Below, piece after piece: positions 9,014 through 17,162 of a stretch of DNA of 40,147 nucleotides (the first letter of the stretch is position 1; the number at the start of each line of letters is the position of its first letter). The position numbers and the translations under genes are program-made. Origin of the DNA: a virus. Its lineage: Duplodnaviria; Caudoviricetes. The stretch lies in IMG/VR virus record IMGVR_UViG_3300022741_000089, positions 1-40,147 of that record, one strand, 5' to 3'. The notes under the pieces were generated by a model. It was not told the DNA's origin. It searched no databases and saw only the letters and a list, made by a program, of their open reading frames with translations.

Positions 9014-12000
9014 CAGTTCATTTCCAGGATTGAGCGGAATTTGCCGGGCTCGCGCGACAGGGCAACGGCGATCGCCTCGCGTCCGGCCGGGCCGGACATC
9101 ACGTCGGCAATCCGGGCCGGGTCATCGATCAGGTAGAAGTCCTGCTGGTTGCGCAGAGTGGTGCTGAGGTTCTTGGCTGGCTCGGCCATCCCTGGTGCGC
9201 CCATAGTGGGCGACGGCATTGCCGGCGCCGGCACGCCGGCCAGGCCACCGGTGCTGTGGTAGACCGGGCTGTTGACGGCCGAGCGTCCGTTGCGGTTGAG
9301 CGCGTGCAGGTAGCCGAGCATGCCGGGCTGGGTGACCACGGCGGCACGCACGACGAACTCATTGTGCGAGAGCCGGGCGCTGATCGAGTCCGAGGTGCCG
9401 GTACCTGGGCCCGTGATATGGCCACCGGTCGCGGCTGCGACTGTTGCTGCCCCAGCAACTGCCGATGTGGCGTTGGCAGCGGCCAGTTGTGTAGCCGCTG
9501 CCTGAATTGCTGCAGCACCAGTCAGGAGCGTTCCGCCGGCGGCCGAGAGCGCTCCTGCAGACGTGGTGACAGCAGCAGCGCCCGTGGTCAGCCCCGCAGC
9601 TTGCTGAGCGCCCCCGAAAAACGAGTCAGTGGCCATCTGAGAGAGTTGCTGCGCAGCAAGGTCGGCCAACGACGAACTGATGCTGGTAATGAAGGCCAGG
9701 GCGGCATCCTGCAGGCTCATCGTGCCATCAGCCAGACCGCGCAGCGCATTCTGAATGCCGGTCTCGAAACCGGACTTCAGGGCATTGGTGAACTGGTCGG
9801 CGACGACAGCCAGGTTGGCCAGGCGCACCTCCAGATCCTTCACACGCTCGATCGCAGCAGGATCCCCAGTCGCCGCAGCCAGCTCGCGCATCTTCGGCAA
9901 CAGCGCCTCAACCTGGGCGGCAGTCGCCTTGTTCAGATCGAGGATCTGCTGGCGCGCGCCCAGCTCGCTGACCAAGCCTGCTTGCTGCTGGGTACTGATG
10001 GTCTGCTCACGGCGCGCCTGCTCAGCGAAGACACGCTCAAGTTGCTGGTTAAGCTGCTCCAGCTCGGCCTGGGCCTGCTCGATGTTGATCAGTTGGCCGA
10101 CCAGATTGGCGCCGTCTGTGTTGCCCGCAGCCTCCAGCCGTTTGCGCAGCGCGCCGTACTTCTTCTCGATCTCTGCAGCCGCTGCGTCGACGTTCTGGCC
10201 GGTGGCCTTCATCACGTCGATCTGCAACTGGGCCAGCAGCTTGGCGTCCTGCTTGGCCTGGTCGTCAGCCTTCTTCTGCTTTTCGGCGGCATCGAGCACG
10301 GCCCAGGCAGCACGGGCACGGGACTCCAGGGCACCACTCAGGTTGCGTTGCTCCAGCTCGTACTCGCGGCGCGCGGCCTTACTCTGGCCGAAGGTGGCCG
10401 CCTCCTTCTCCAACTGCTTGACCCAGTCCTCTTGCTGTTTGGTCAGACGAGCAGCAGCCTTGTCATCACCAGTGGGAGTGAAGGTGCCCAGGTTGGTTGG
10501 GGCTGGAGCATCAGGTGCGGATCGAGGAGCAGGTGCCGGCGTATTCGCAAAAGTCTGCTGGAGCTGCTGCAGGCGGTGAAGTTCTTGCTGAGCGACCTGC
10601 ATGGCCTGCTCATATCGATCAACTGTGTGCTGCTTATAACCCCCTTCAATAGCCTTGAAATAACTGTCTTGGGCATCGGCCAAATCGGCCGCAGCTCTTT
10701 CAATAGATTGCTGCACGCGTACGGGGTCATCACCAGATGGGCCGTTAAGGCGAGCAGCCGTTTCTTCAGCCAACCACTTGATGAAGTTGGTTCCACCGCC
10801 CAGGCCGCGAGCACTGAGTTCGATCAGCTTGCCCATGGCAGTGATCAGGGTGTTCAAGCCATTGGTGATGGTCGGGTCACGCAGTACCGCTTGCAGGTCA
10901 CGGATTGCCTGGGTGTACGACTCGACGAATCCCGCCTCGCCAGCCTGCACCTTGAAGTCCGTCCAAGCGTTGTTCAGGCGGTTGATCTCGGCGTTCAGCC
11001 CGCTAGCAGCCTGCTGGGCGGATGGGCCGTAGGCCTCCTGCAGCGCAGCAGCGAAGCGTGGCAGGAACTGACTGGCCGGGATCATGCCCTTTTCCAGCCA
11101 CTGGCTGAGCTGCTGGGTGTTGGTGTTCAGCGCCTTGGCTGCCAACGCAAACGCACCGGGCACGCGGGTACCGAGTTGCTGCACCAGCTCTTGAGTCTGC
11201 ACCTTGCCCTTGCTGACCATCTGTTCCAGGGCGAGCATCACACCGTTGGTCTCTTCTCGGGTCATGTTCAGCGCCGTGGCGGCCGAACTGACACCCTCGA
11301 AAATACTGTGCAACGACGTGCGTAGCTCAGGCGTCTCTTTCGCAGCAGCGACCAGGCGGGCGTAGGCCTTGGATGTGTTCAGCAACTCCAGGCCGAGGCG
11401 CTCGGACACCTCGCGCACGTATTCCAATTCCTGGCGGGCCTGCGCGCTGGAGCCGGTCGCAGCCTGCAGCGTAGATTGAGCCTGCTGCCACTCAAGAGTG
11501 GTGTTGATGATCGCCCGGCTGGCCGAGGTGACGCCAAAGCCGGCAAAACCAGTGACCAGCAAACCCTGAACACGGCGGATCGTAGTCGTCAGGTTGTTCA
11601 ACTGCAGGTTGGTGCGCTTCGCCTCCTCGCTGATGCCCTGCAGGGCATTGCGGCGGTTGCGGATGGCGTCCAGCGCACGGCCATAGGCCTCGACGTCGAG
11701 CCGGCCGGCCTTGAAGTGCATGCTCAACTCACGCTCCTGGGCGTCGAGCTGGCTCAGCTCACGCTCGGTGCGGTCGATGCTGCCGAGCAGCTTGCGCAGG
11801 GCGCCGTCCTGCTTATCAGCCTCGGCCGCAGCCTTGGCGGTTTCCTCAGCCGCACGCTGCTCAGCGAGCGCCATCCGCTCAACCGCTCGCTCGTTGGCAT
11901 GGTAGGCATTCATTGAAGCGTTCTGCGCCGCGACGGTTTCCTGCCAGTTCGCATTCAGCTGACGCGAGGCCGCGCTCTGCTGCTGCATGCTGGCCGCGAC

Positions 12001-12333
12001 CTCATCCTGGGCGCGCTTCTGGGCGATGCTGGCCGCCACCACGGCATCGAGCCGGGCAGACTGCTGAGCTGCAGTTTCGCCCAGGTGATTGAGCTGCTCG
12101 CTGGACTCCGACGCGGTGTTGCCTACCTGGCGAACAGACTCAGTCAAGCCATCGACAACTGCCTTGGCCTTACCTGCATCGGCTCCGGTACCGAGTTTGC
12201 TCAGATCACGGTTAGCCGCGTTGGCCGAGTCGCCAACACCCTCGACAGAAGCGCCGAGCGCCTCGACCTCGCGCCGACCTTGCTCCAAGTCGGTCTTGAT
12301 GCGCAGCGCTAGTTCGAGGTCTTTATTGGCCAT
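9013..12333 (-). CDS. Tail tape measure protein
   Basis: 1106 aa, Ala/Gln-rich helical; ALEQMVSKGKVQTQEL core; C-terminal ATGGHITGPGTGTSDSI..LSHNEFVV. Confidence 0.93.
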   Translation of the reverse strand: MANKDLELALRIKTDLEQGRREVEALGASVEGVGDSANAANRDLSKLGTGADAGKAKAVVDGLTESVRQVGNTASESSEQLNHLGETAAQQSARLDAVVAASIAQKRAQDEVAASMQQQSAASRQLNANWQETVAAQNASMNAYHANERAVERMALAEQRAAEETAKAAAEADKQDGALRKLLGSIDRTERELSQLDAQERELSMHFKAGRLDVEAYGRALDAIRNRRNALQGISEEAKRTNLQLNNLTTTIRRVQGLLVTGFAGFGVTSASRAIINTTLEWQQAQSTLQAATGSSAQARQELEYVREVSERLGLELLNTSKAYARLVAAAKETPELRTSLHSIFEGVSSAATALNMTREETNGVMLALEQMVSKGKVQTQELVQQLGTRVPGAFALAAKALNTNTQQLSQWLEKGMIPASQFLPRFAAALQEAYGPSAQQAASGLNAEINRLNNAWTDFKVQAGEAGFVESYTQAIRDLQAVLRDPTITNGLNTLITAMGKLIELSARGLGGGTNFIKWLAEETAARLNGPSGDDPVRVQQSIERAAADLADAQDSYFKAIEGGYKQHTVDRYEQAMQVAQQELHRLQQLQQTFANTPAPAPRSAPDAPAPTNLGTFTPTGDDKAAARLTKQQEDWVKQLEKEAATFGQSKAARREYELEQRNLSGALESRARAAWAVLDAAEKQKKADDQAKQDAKLLAQLQIDVMKATGQNVDAAAAEIEKKYGALRKRLEAAGNTDGANLVGQLINIEQAQAELEQLNQQLERVFAEQARREQTISTQQQAGLVSELGARQQILDLNKATAAQVEALLPKMRELAAATGDPAAIERVKDLEVRLANLAVVADQFTNALKSGFETGIQNALRGLADGTMSLQDAALAFITSISSSLADLAAQQLSQMATDSFFGGAQQAAGLTTGAAAVTTSAGALSAAGGTLLTGAAAIQAAATQLAAANATSAVAGAATVAAATGGHITGPGTGTSDSISARLSHNEFVVRAAVVTQPGMLGYLHALNRNGRSAVNSPVYHSTGGLAGVPAPAMPSPTMGAPGMAEPAKNLSTTLRNQQDFYLIDDPARIADVMSGPAGREAIAVALSREPGKFRSILEMN

Positions 12334-12390
12334 GACGGGGATCGCTTGATGGATTCCCCGCCATCCTCACGCGCGCGCGTGGCTCAGGGC

Positions 12391-12408
12391 TTATGAACCA
12401 GGGCAAAG
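12391..12408 (-). promoter_or_regulatory. Putative late-promoter activator box upstream of tape measure gene
   Basis: TTATGAACCAGGGCAAAG (+ strand), near-identical to 19757-19774 and 27660-27677; adjacent GCGCGCGCG tract. Confidence 0.65.
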
Positions 12409-12417
12409 AACACTTGG

Positions 12418-13212
12418 CTAGAACAGCCCGGCAGGCTCGGCCTGGATATCCCAGCTGAAGATCAGCACTTCCTTGGCCTGAGTGCCCTGACCACCGCCGA
12501 CTGTGTAGGTGATGTCGGTACTCTCGATGTGGTACCGGCCGAACACGCGGCGGATGTCGGGGTGATCGTTCAGGCTGATGATCGCTTTGCCCTTGATCCT
12601 GCCGATCAGCTCGGCCATCTCCTCATACTGCTCGAAGCCGAACGGCACGCCGTACCCTTCCGTCTGCCAGTACGGCGGGTCGCAGTAGAACAGCGTGTGC
12701 TGCCGATCGTAGCGGCGAATGCACTCGGCCCAGCTCAGGTGCTCGATGTAGGTGTTGCTCAGCCGCAGGTGCGCCGCTGATAGTGCTTCCTCAATCCGCA
12801 GCAGGTTGAGCCCAGGTGGCTGGGTGGTAGCTGTACCGTAACTCTGACCATCGACCCGGCCACCGAAAGCGGACTGCTGCAGGTAGTAGAACCTGGCCGC
12901 GCGCTGGATATCGGTCAGGGTTTCCGGGCGCGTCTCCTGCAGCCACTTGAACACCTGGCGGCTGCTCAGCGCCCACTTGAACTGGCGCACGAACTCCTCC
13001 AGGTGGTGCTGCACGACTCGGTACAGATTCACCAGATCGCCATTGATGTCGTTGAGCACCTCAACGTCGGCTGGTACCGGCCGCAGGAAGAACAGTGCTG
13101 CGCCGCCCGCGAACGGTTCGACGTAGCAGCTGTGGCGAGGGAATAACGGGAAGATGCGATCGGCGAGCCGGCGCTTGCCGCCTATCCAGGGGATGATGGG
13201 TTGGGCTTGCAT
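12418..13212 (-). CDS. DNA adenine methyltransferase (D12/Dam class)
   Basis: Start MQAQPIIPWIGGKRRLA with AGGAGG SD; YVEPFAGGAA (motif I) and DPPY (motif IV). Confidence 0.92.
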   Translation of the reverse strand: MQAQPIIPWIGGKRRLADRIFPLFPRHSCYVEPFAGGAALFFLRPVPADVEVLNDINGDLVNLYRVVQHHLEEFVRQFKWALSSRQVFKWLQETRPETLTDIQRAARFYYLQQSAFGGRVDGQSYGTATTQPPGLNLLRIEEALSAAHLRLSNTYIEHLSWAECIRRYDRQHTLFYCDPPYWQTEGYGVPFGFEQYEEMAELIGRIKGKAIISLNDHPDIRRVFGRYHIESTDITYTVGGGQGTQAKEVLIFSWDIQAEPAGLF

Positions 13213-13388
13213 GAGGCCTCCTGACCAGCGCTCAGAGGCGATGGGGGGAGGCTCTCGGCCCTCAAATGATTGATGGCCCGGCAGCGCGGGCACTTGATCT
13301 GCAGCACATCGAATTGGCCGACTTTGGCCAGCAGGCGGTGACAACCGCCACAACGTAGGTCTTTCACTCTCGGCAACGCCTTTACCAT
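13182..13388 (-). CDS. com: Com-family zinc-finger translational regulator
   Basis: DLRCGGCHRLLA...IKCPRCRAIN (CxxC..CxxC) as in Mu Com; overlaps methylase start; GTG 13367 is an alternative start. Confidence 0.85.
   Translation of the reverse strand: MVKALPRVKDLRCGGCHRLLAKVGQFDVLQIKCPRCRAINHLRAESLPPSPLSAGQEASCKPNPSSPG
13216..13239 (-). promoter_or_regulatory. Hairpin occluding the methylase Shine-Dalgarno
   Basis: mRNA GCCUC-UGA-gcgcugg-UCA-g-GAGGC pairs over AGGAGG just upstream of ATG 13212. Confidence 0.55.
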
Positions 13389-13460
13389 TTGCTAGGCTCG
13401 CCCGGCTCACGCGTGAGCGGAGGGCCTTGGCTGGACTGGCAAGGTGTTGCCTGTTTGGCG

Positions 13461-13492
13461 CCTGCACCTGGTGTTGACGCACCAGGTGCAGG
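13461..13492. other. Perfect 13-bp stem-loop between tail chaperone and com
   Basis: CCTGCACCTGGTG-ttgacg-CACCAGGTGCAGG. Confidence 0.7.
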
Positions 13493-13501
13493 AGCCCTCT
13501 T

Positions 13502-13726
13502 TCATTTCAGCAGCGCCTTCAGGTGCTGCTCTGCATCTTTGCCCCCGGCGAACGCCAGGTTGGCATCTACCAGGTACTGCGCCCGCTGATGCTTCTGTCT
13601 CCGCAGCTCCGCCTCGTAGTGCAGCAGGATCTGGCGTTGGGTCATCCGGCCGATACGGTCGGCATCGCCATAGCCCGCAGTGATCAGGGTTGCGTAAACG
13701 TCGGCCCAGCGGCCGACGCTTTTGCC
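13502..13726 (-). CDS. Tail assembly chaperone C-terminal (gpT-like) frame, probably reached by -1 frameshift
   Basis: WADVYATLITAGY...MTQRQILLHY frame overlaps end of chaperone ORF in -1 frame; G-GCA-AAA-G at 13726-13719. Confidence 0.65.
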   Translation of the reverse strand, partial: GKSVGRWADVYATLITAGYGDADRIGRMTQRQILLHYEAELRRQKHQRAQYLVDANLAFAGGKDAEQHLKALLK

Positions 13727-14133
13727 ACTGCCTGATCGGCCATGATCTGGCTGCGAGCGCTGCGTATATAGAAAGGGCCATTGGCAGCCCACCACATCAT
13801 CAGAAGCGCCTGGCCATCGTCCTGGCTCAACTGACCGAGCCACTCAACATCGACGTCGGCCGCGATGGCCATCGCATCCGTGACCGCGTCGATATGGCGC
13901 CCGATGAAGGTCTGGACGTCCCCGATCGCCAACGGCGCGTCGCTGGAGATCAGTGCCTTGATGTCATCCAGGAACGGCCTCAGCGTCGGCAGCAAGCGCT
14001 GCCCTTCGATGAAGCCGTACTCCCGGACAACCACCTCACGCCCGGCGATGGTCGCCGAGCGATTGGGGTGCAGGATCTCCAGATCGTTGGCGCCTGGCAC
14101 TTCCTTGGGCTTTCTGGCGGCACGCCCAGCCAT
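13684..14133 (-). CDS. Tail assembly chaperone (gpG-like)
   Basis: 149 aa after tail tube gene; DLEILHP, VVREYGFIEG, WWAANGPFY. Confidence 0.8.
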   Translation of the reverse strand: MAGRAARKPKEVPGANDLEILHPNRSATIAGREVVVREYGFIEGQRLLPTLRPFLDDIKALISSDAPLAIGDVQTFIGRHIDAVTDAMAIAADVDVEWLGQLSQDDGQALLMMWWAANGPFYIRSARSQIMADQAVAKASAAGPTFTQP

Positions 14134-14873
14134 CAGGCAGCAGCCTGCACGATGCGGCCATAGCCACCCAAGGTCGGGTCGTTGGCATTGAGTGGGTCAT
14201 ACAGCACGGTGCCAGTGAGTGGCAGGTTGCCCCACTCCTCGTGGATCAGGCCGAAGTCGCCCACCGGGTTGAACTTGCAGCGGAACAGCTCGACCACCAC
14301 TTTCTCCTGGTTATCGGTGTTGATGCCGTCCAGGATCAGCCAGCGATCAGGCGGGGTGGTGGTGAACATGGTCAGCGCCCGAGCGTCGGCGTTCTCATAC
14401 GCGGCAGTGACGGCTGGAGTCTGCGGCGTGAGCAACTCGATCAGACCGGTAGAGGCGGACTCGACGCGGAAGTCGGTACCCTCGACCAGTGCAGTGCTCG
14501 GTGCCGCAGTCAGCTCGACGTCACTGACGAAGGGTTTGTTCAGGCGAATGATGTCGCCCGCAACAAGCGGAGAAGGCAGCGCCTCACCAGTAACGGTACC
14601 GGTGGCGATTGCCACATCAGCGGCATACAGCGCCAGGGCCAGGTTATAGAGCGTCCACTCATCCAGAGTGAGGTTGAGCGTTGCAGTCTTGCCGCGCTGC
14701 AGCAGACCGTACTGCAGGCGGTTACCGGAGAAGCTCTCGGTCTTCGGGGTGGTTTCAGTGGCCAGTTGCAGGGTGCAGACGGGCGCGTTGCCCAGCCAGG
14801 TGACCTTGAGCGGTTTGCCCTGGCCCGAACGCTCGGCCAGGTGGATTTTGCCTTGGAAGCTGAAAAGGGACAT
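14133..14873 (-). CDS. Major tail (tube) protein
   Basis: 246 aa; FSFQGKI, WLGN, ESFSGNR, GINT motifs of siphovirus tube proteins; no sheath gene in window. Confidence 0.85.
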   Translation of the reverse strand: MSLFSFQGKIHLAERSGQGKPLKVTWLGNAPVCTLQLATETTPKTESFSGNRLQYGLLQRGKTATLNLTLDEWTLYNLALALYAADVAIATGTVTGEALPSPLVAGDIIRLNKPFVSDVELTAAPSTALVEGTDFRVESASTGLIELLTPQTPAVTAAYENADARALTMFTTTPPDRWLILDGINTDNQEKVVVELFRCKFNPVGDFGLIHEEWGNLPLTGTVLYDPLNANDPTLGGYGRIVQAAA

Positions 14874-14876
14874 GAC

Positions 14877-15089
14877 TTACTCCTTGGCCGGTGCAGTGGT
14901 AGCGGGCTTGGCCGGATCTGCCACCTTTTCGTGGCGGATCAGCCAGGCCTTTTCGCGTTCGGTGACCTCGATCTCATCACCGGCCTTGCACGGCTTGTCG
15001 CGGTGGGTGTGATCGGCGATCAGTTTGACCTTCTCGGTCGTGGGCTCTTCAGCCTTGGCCGCCGTGGCGACCTGGGTGGTTTTGCTCAT
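14877..15089 (-). CDS. Small virion-associated protein
   Basis: 70 aa coupled to neighbours; HTH..KPCKAGDEIEV motif. Confidence 0.7.
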   Translation of the reverse strand: MSKTTQVATAAKAEEPTTEKVKLIADHTHRDKPCKAGDEIEVTEREKAWLIRHEKVADPAKPATTAPAKE

Positions 15090-15541
15090 GAGGCCCTCCC
15101 GAGGGCGTGTTGGGTTTCGTAGATGTCAGTCCACAGCAATGTGTCCGAGTTGTAGTCGATGACCTTGCCTTGCAGCAGTTGGCAGTCCCTTGCGCCAGGA
15201 AGTCCGGGCGGCACCCAGCCAATAAGTGCGTCCCGTATGGCTCCGAGCACTGGGCGCAAATCATCCGCAGCGCCTTTGCCCTTGCTGTCCGAGTAGTTAC
15301 GTACCGCCACGGCAACGCCGAATAGCGCCTTTGTCATTTGCCGGCCTGTAGCTCCAGGAGCGCCAGTTCTGCGTGGCTCTGCTGTTTCCTGCACCAGCAC
15401 CACATAGGCCGAGGGTGTGCGGAAGCTGCGCAGATCCTGAATGCCTTCTAGTTCGGCGGCGCCTGCCACTTCATCCAGCGAGGGCACCTGGTCGCGCAGT
15501 CGCTCAATCACCAGGTCGATATCGAACGGTTCGCTGGCCAC
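15086..15541 (-). CDS. Tail terminator / Mu gp37-like protein
   Basis: TPSAYVV, ALIGWVP motifs; follows gp36-like gene. Confidence 0.78.
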   Translation of the reverse strand: MASEPFDIDLVIERLRDQVPSLDEVAGAAELEGIQDLRSFRTPSAYVVLVQETAEPRRTGAPGATGRQMTKALFGVAVAVRNYSDSKGKGAADDLRPVLGAIRDALIGWVPPGLPGARDCQLLQGKVIDYNSDTLLWTDIYETQHALGRAS

Positions 15542-15542
15542 G

Positions 15543-16052
15543 TCAGAAATCCTTCAGCGTGGCGCCGGTGAACACACGGGCAGGCGCGCTGAACTGGGGG
15601 GCGCCGCTGCTTGGCGGTGTCAACGGATCGTCGGTGCCGAGGCTGAACTTGCCTTCGGCCACCAGCTTCAACAGCGCCAGAGCGTCGCGGTAGTCACGCA
15701 CGATCGGATCATCCTTCTCGCTGCTCAGACGCGACTGGTGCAGCTTGTAGCGGGTAATCGCCCTGGCCCAGCCCGTGACAACGCTGTAGGTGCGGGTCAG
15801 GGGCAGCGCATAGCCGCGACGAGCAAGAAATCCATTGATCAACCCACCAGCAGCCTCGACCTCGGCGACGATCGCGTCCTTGGTCAACTCGGCAACCTCA
15901 ACCTCGCTGGCAGGCCAACTGCTGACGTCCTGGGCGCGCAGCAACGCATCCAGCAGCGCCGGGTCGACCTTGCGAAAACGCTCAGGGGTGGCAACCTGGG
16001 CCAGCTCCTTCGCGCCAGGCCGCTCGGCCAGCTCGGGCAGCGTGACGTACAT
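15543..16052 (-). CDS. Head-tail adaptor, Mu gp36 (DUF1320) family
   Basis: Start MYVTLPEL (16052); INGFLARRGYALPL, ITRYKLH, RDYRDAL.LLKLVAEGKFSLG. Confidence 0.87.
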   Translation of the reverse strand: MYVTLPELAERPGAKELAQVATPERFRKVDPALLDALLRAQDVSSWPASEVEVAELTKDAIVAEVEAAGGLINGFLARRGYALPLTRTYSVVTGWARAITRYKLHQSRLSSEKDDPIVRDYRDALALLKLVAEGKFSLGTDDPLTPPSSGAPQFSAPARVFTGATLKDF

Positions 16053-16054
16053 GC

Positions 16055-16369
16055 TCAGCAGCCCTCCGGTTGGCCCACGGCGCGTACCAGAGCCATGACA
16101 CCGGTCTGGATGTCGGTCTTGGCGATCGCAGCCCAACGAAATGGCTCGGCAGCCTGGAAGCGCTGCAGCTCAGCCAGGCACTGGGGGTAGTCCGTCGAGT
16201 TGATGCGTGTGGCGTTGCTCTTGGCCGCCTCATCGTTCCTGAGTACCTGCACCACCTCGGCCTGCAGTTGCAGGAGTTCAGCGCCTGCGGCCTTGACGCG
16301 GTTCATCAGGTCGACCTCGTACTCCGACAGGTCGCGGTAGCCCTTGATCTGCCTGTGCTGGTTGTCCAT
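16055..16369 (-). CDS. acb2: Anti-CBASS cyclic-oligonucleotide sponge Acb2 homologue
   Basis: MDNQHRQIKGYRDLSEYEVDLMNRVK...AEPFRWAAIAKTDIQTGVMALVRAVGQP closely matches Acb2 of Pseudomonas phages as recalled, including Y11 and K26. Confidence 0.88.
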   Translation of the reverse strand: MDNQHRQIKGYRDLSEYEVDLMNRVKAAGAELLQLQAEVVQVLRNDEAAKSNATRINSTDYPQCLAELQRFQAAEPFRWAAIAKTDIQTGVMALVRAVGQPEGC

Positions 16370-17115
16370 CACGTGTGCTCCAGGATCGCGCCCAGGAGCA
16401 GCAACGCGCGAGCCTGCTCGGGGCTTTCGAACTCGATGGGATCACCGAAGCCATACGACTCGCCGTCGTGATCGAGGCGCTCACGGTTGACCACGTAGCC
16501 TGGGCCGACCACGACCTGCTCGGCCTGGATCAGCGCGGCTAGCTGCTCGACGGGCAGCTCGTCGAAGCCGGCGATGTCCATGTCCGAGGCCAGCTGGCGC
16601 AGCTGCACTTCATTCATGTCCTTCAGCTCCAGGACTTCGCCGGCATGGGTGACCACGCCAGCCAGGTGAGCGAGCTGCTCACCCGGTTTGAGAGGGTGGG
16701 CTTCCTGCCCGGTGTCGCCAGCGCCTGCATCCCCGGCGCCTGCATCCCCGGCGCCGTTGCCGCCAGCCCCTGCCGCAAGTTCGGTGGAAGTGGTGTTTGC
16801 CTTGATCTTGGTCAGCACCAAAGCAGCCAGTTCATCGACTGGCCGCGAATCATGGCCAACGATATCGACGTCTGCCGCGAACGCGCGCAATTGCGGCTCG
16901 GTCATGGGCTTCAGCCCGGATTCACCACCGCCGAAGACGATCGGATCGCTGGCCGGTGCTTCCTGCGCCTTGATCAGCCGATCTGCCTCGGCCTGGGCTT
17001 CTTCCTTGCTGCCAATGAACTCACCGACGCGCTCGCCCGCAGCGTTCTTCACGCCATAGCGGCCGCCAGAAATGTGGTAGGCGACGAACGCCAGCACGGC
17101 TTGATCTTTCGACAT
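16369..17115 (-). CDS. Modular hypothetical head-region protein with two internal helix-extension-helix-like repeats
   Basis: 248 aa with GGAG SD; MTEPQLRAFAADVDIVG.. and MNEVQLRQLASDMDIAG.. repeats. Confidence 0.75.
   Translation of the reverse strand: MSKDQAVLAFVAYHISGGRYGVKNAAGERVGEFIGSKEEAQAEADRLIKAQEAPASDPIVFGGGESGLKPMTEPQLRAFAADVDIVGHDSRPVDELAALVLTKIKANTTSTELAAGAGGNGAGDAGAGDAGAGDTGQEAHPLKPGEQLAHLAGVVTHAGEVLELKDMNEVQLRQLASDMDIAGFDELPVEQLAALIQAEQVVVGPGYVVNRERLDHDGESYGFGDPIEFESPEQARALLLLGAILEHT
16721..16755. repeat. 15-bp in-frame tandem repeat (~2.3 copies) encoding GAGDA linker
   Basis: GCGCCTGCATCCCCG x2 + GCGCC. Confidence 0.85.
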
Positions 17116-17127
17116 GGTGTGCTCCGC

Positions 17128-17148
17128 AGGCGGCCAGCTCGGCCGCCT
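17128..17148 (-). other. GC hairpin just downstream of capsid gene (mRNA stabiliser or weak terminator)
   Basis: AGGCGGCC-agctc-GGCCGCCT; no U tract. Confidence 0.45.
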
Positions 17149-17162
17149 TGTCAGGTGGTCGG

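Noticed and set aside
9256-11325. 689-aa plus-strand ORF
   Set aside because: Antisense shadow of the tape measure gene, expected in high-GC coding DNA; no motifs
13213-13482. 90-aa N-terminal extension of the methylase in the ORF track
   Set aside because: Overlaps com and the structured leader; family motif and SD point to ATG 13212
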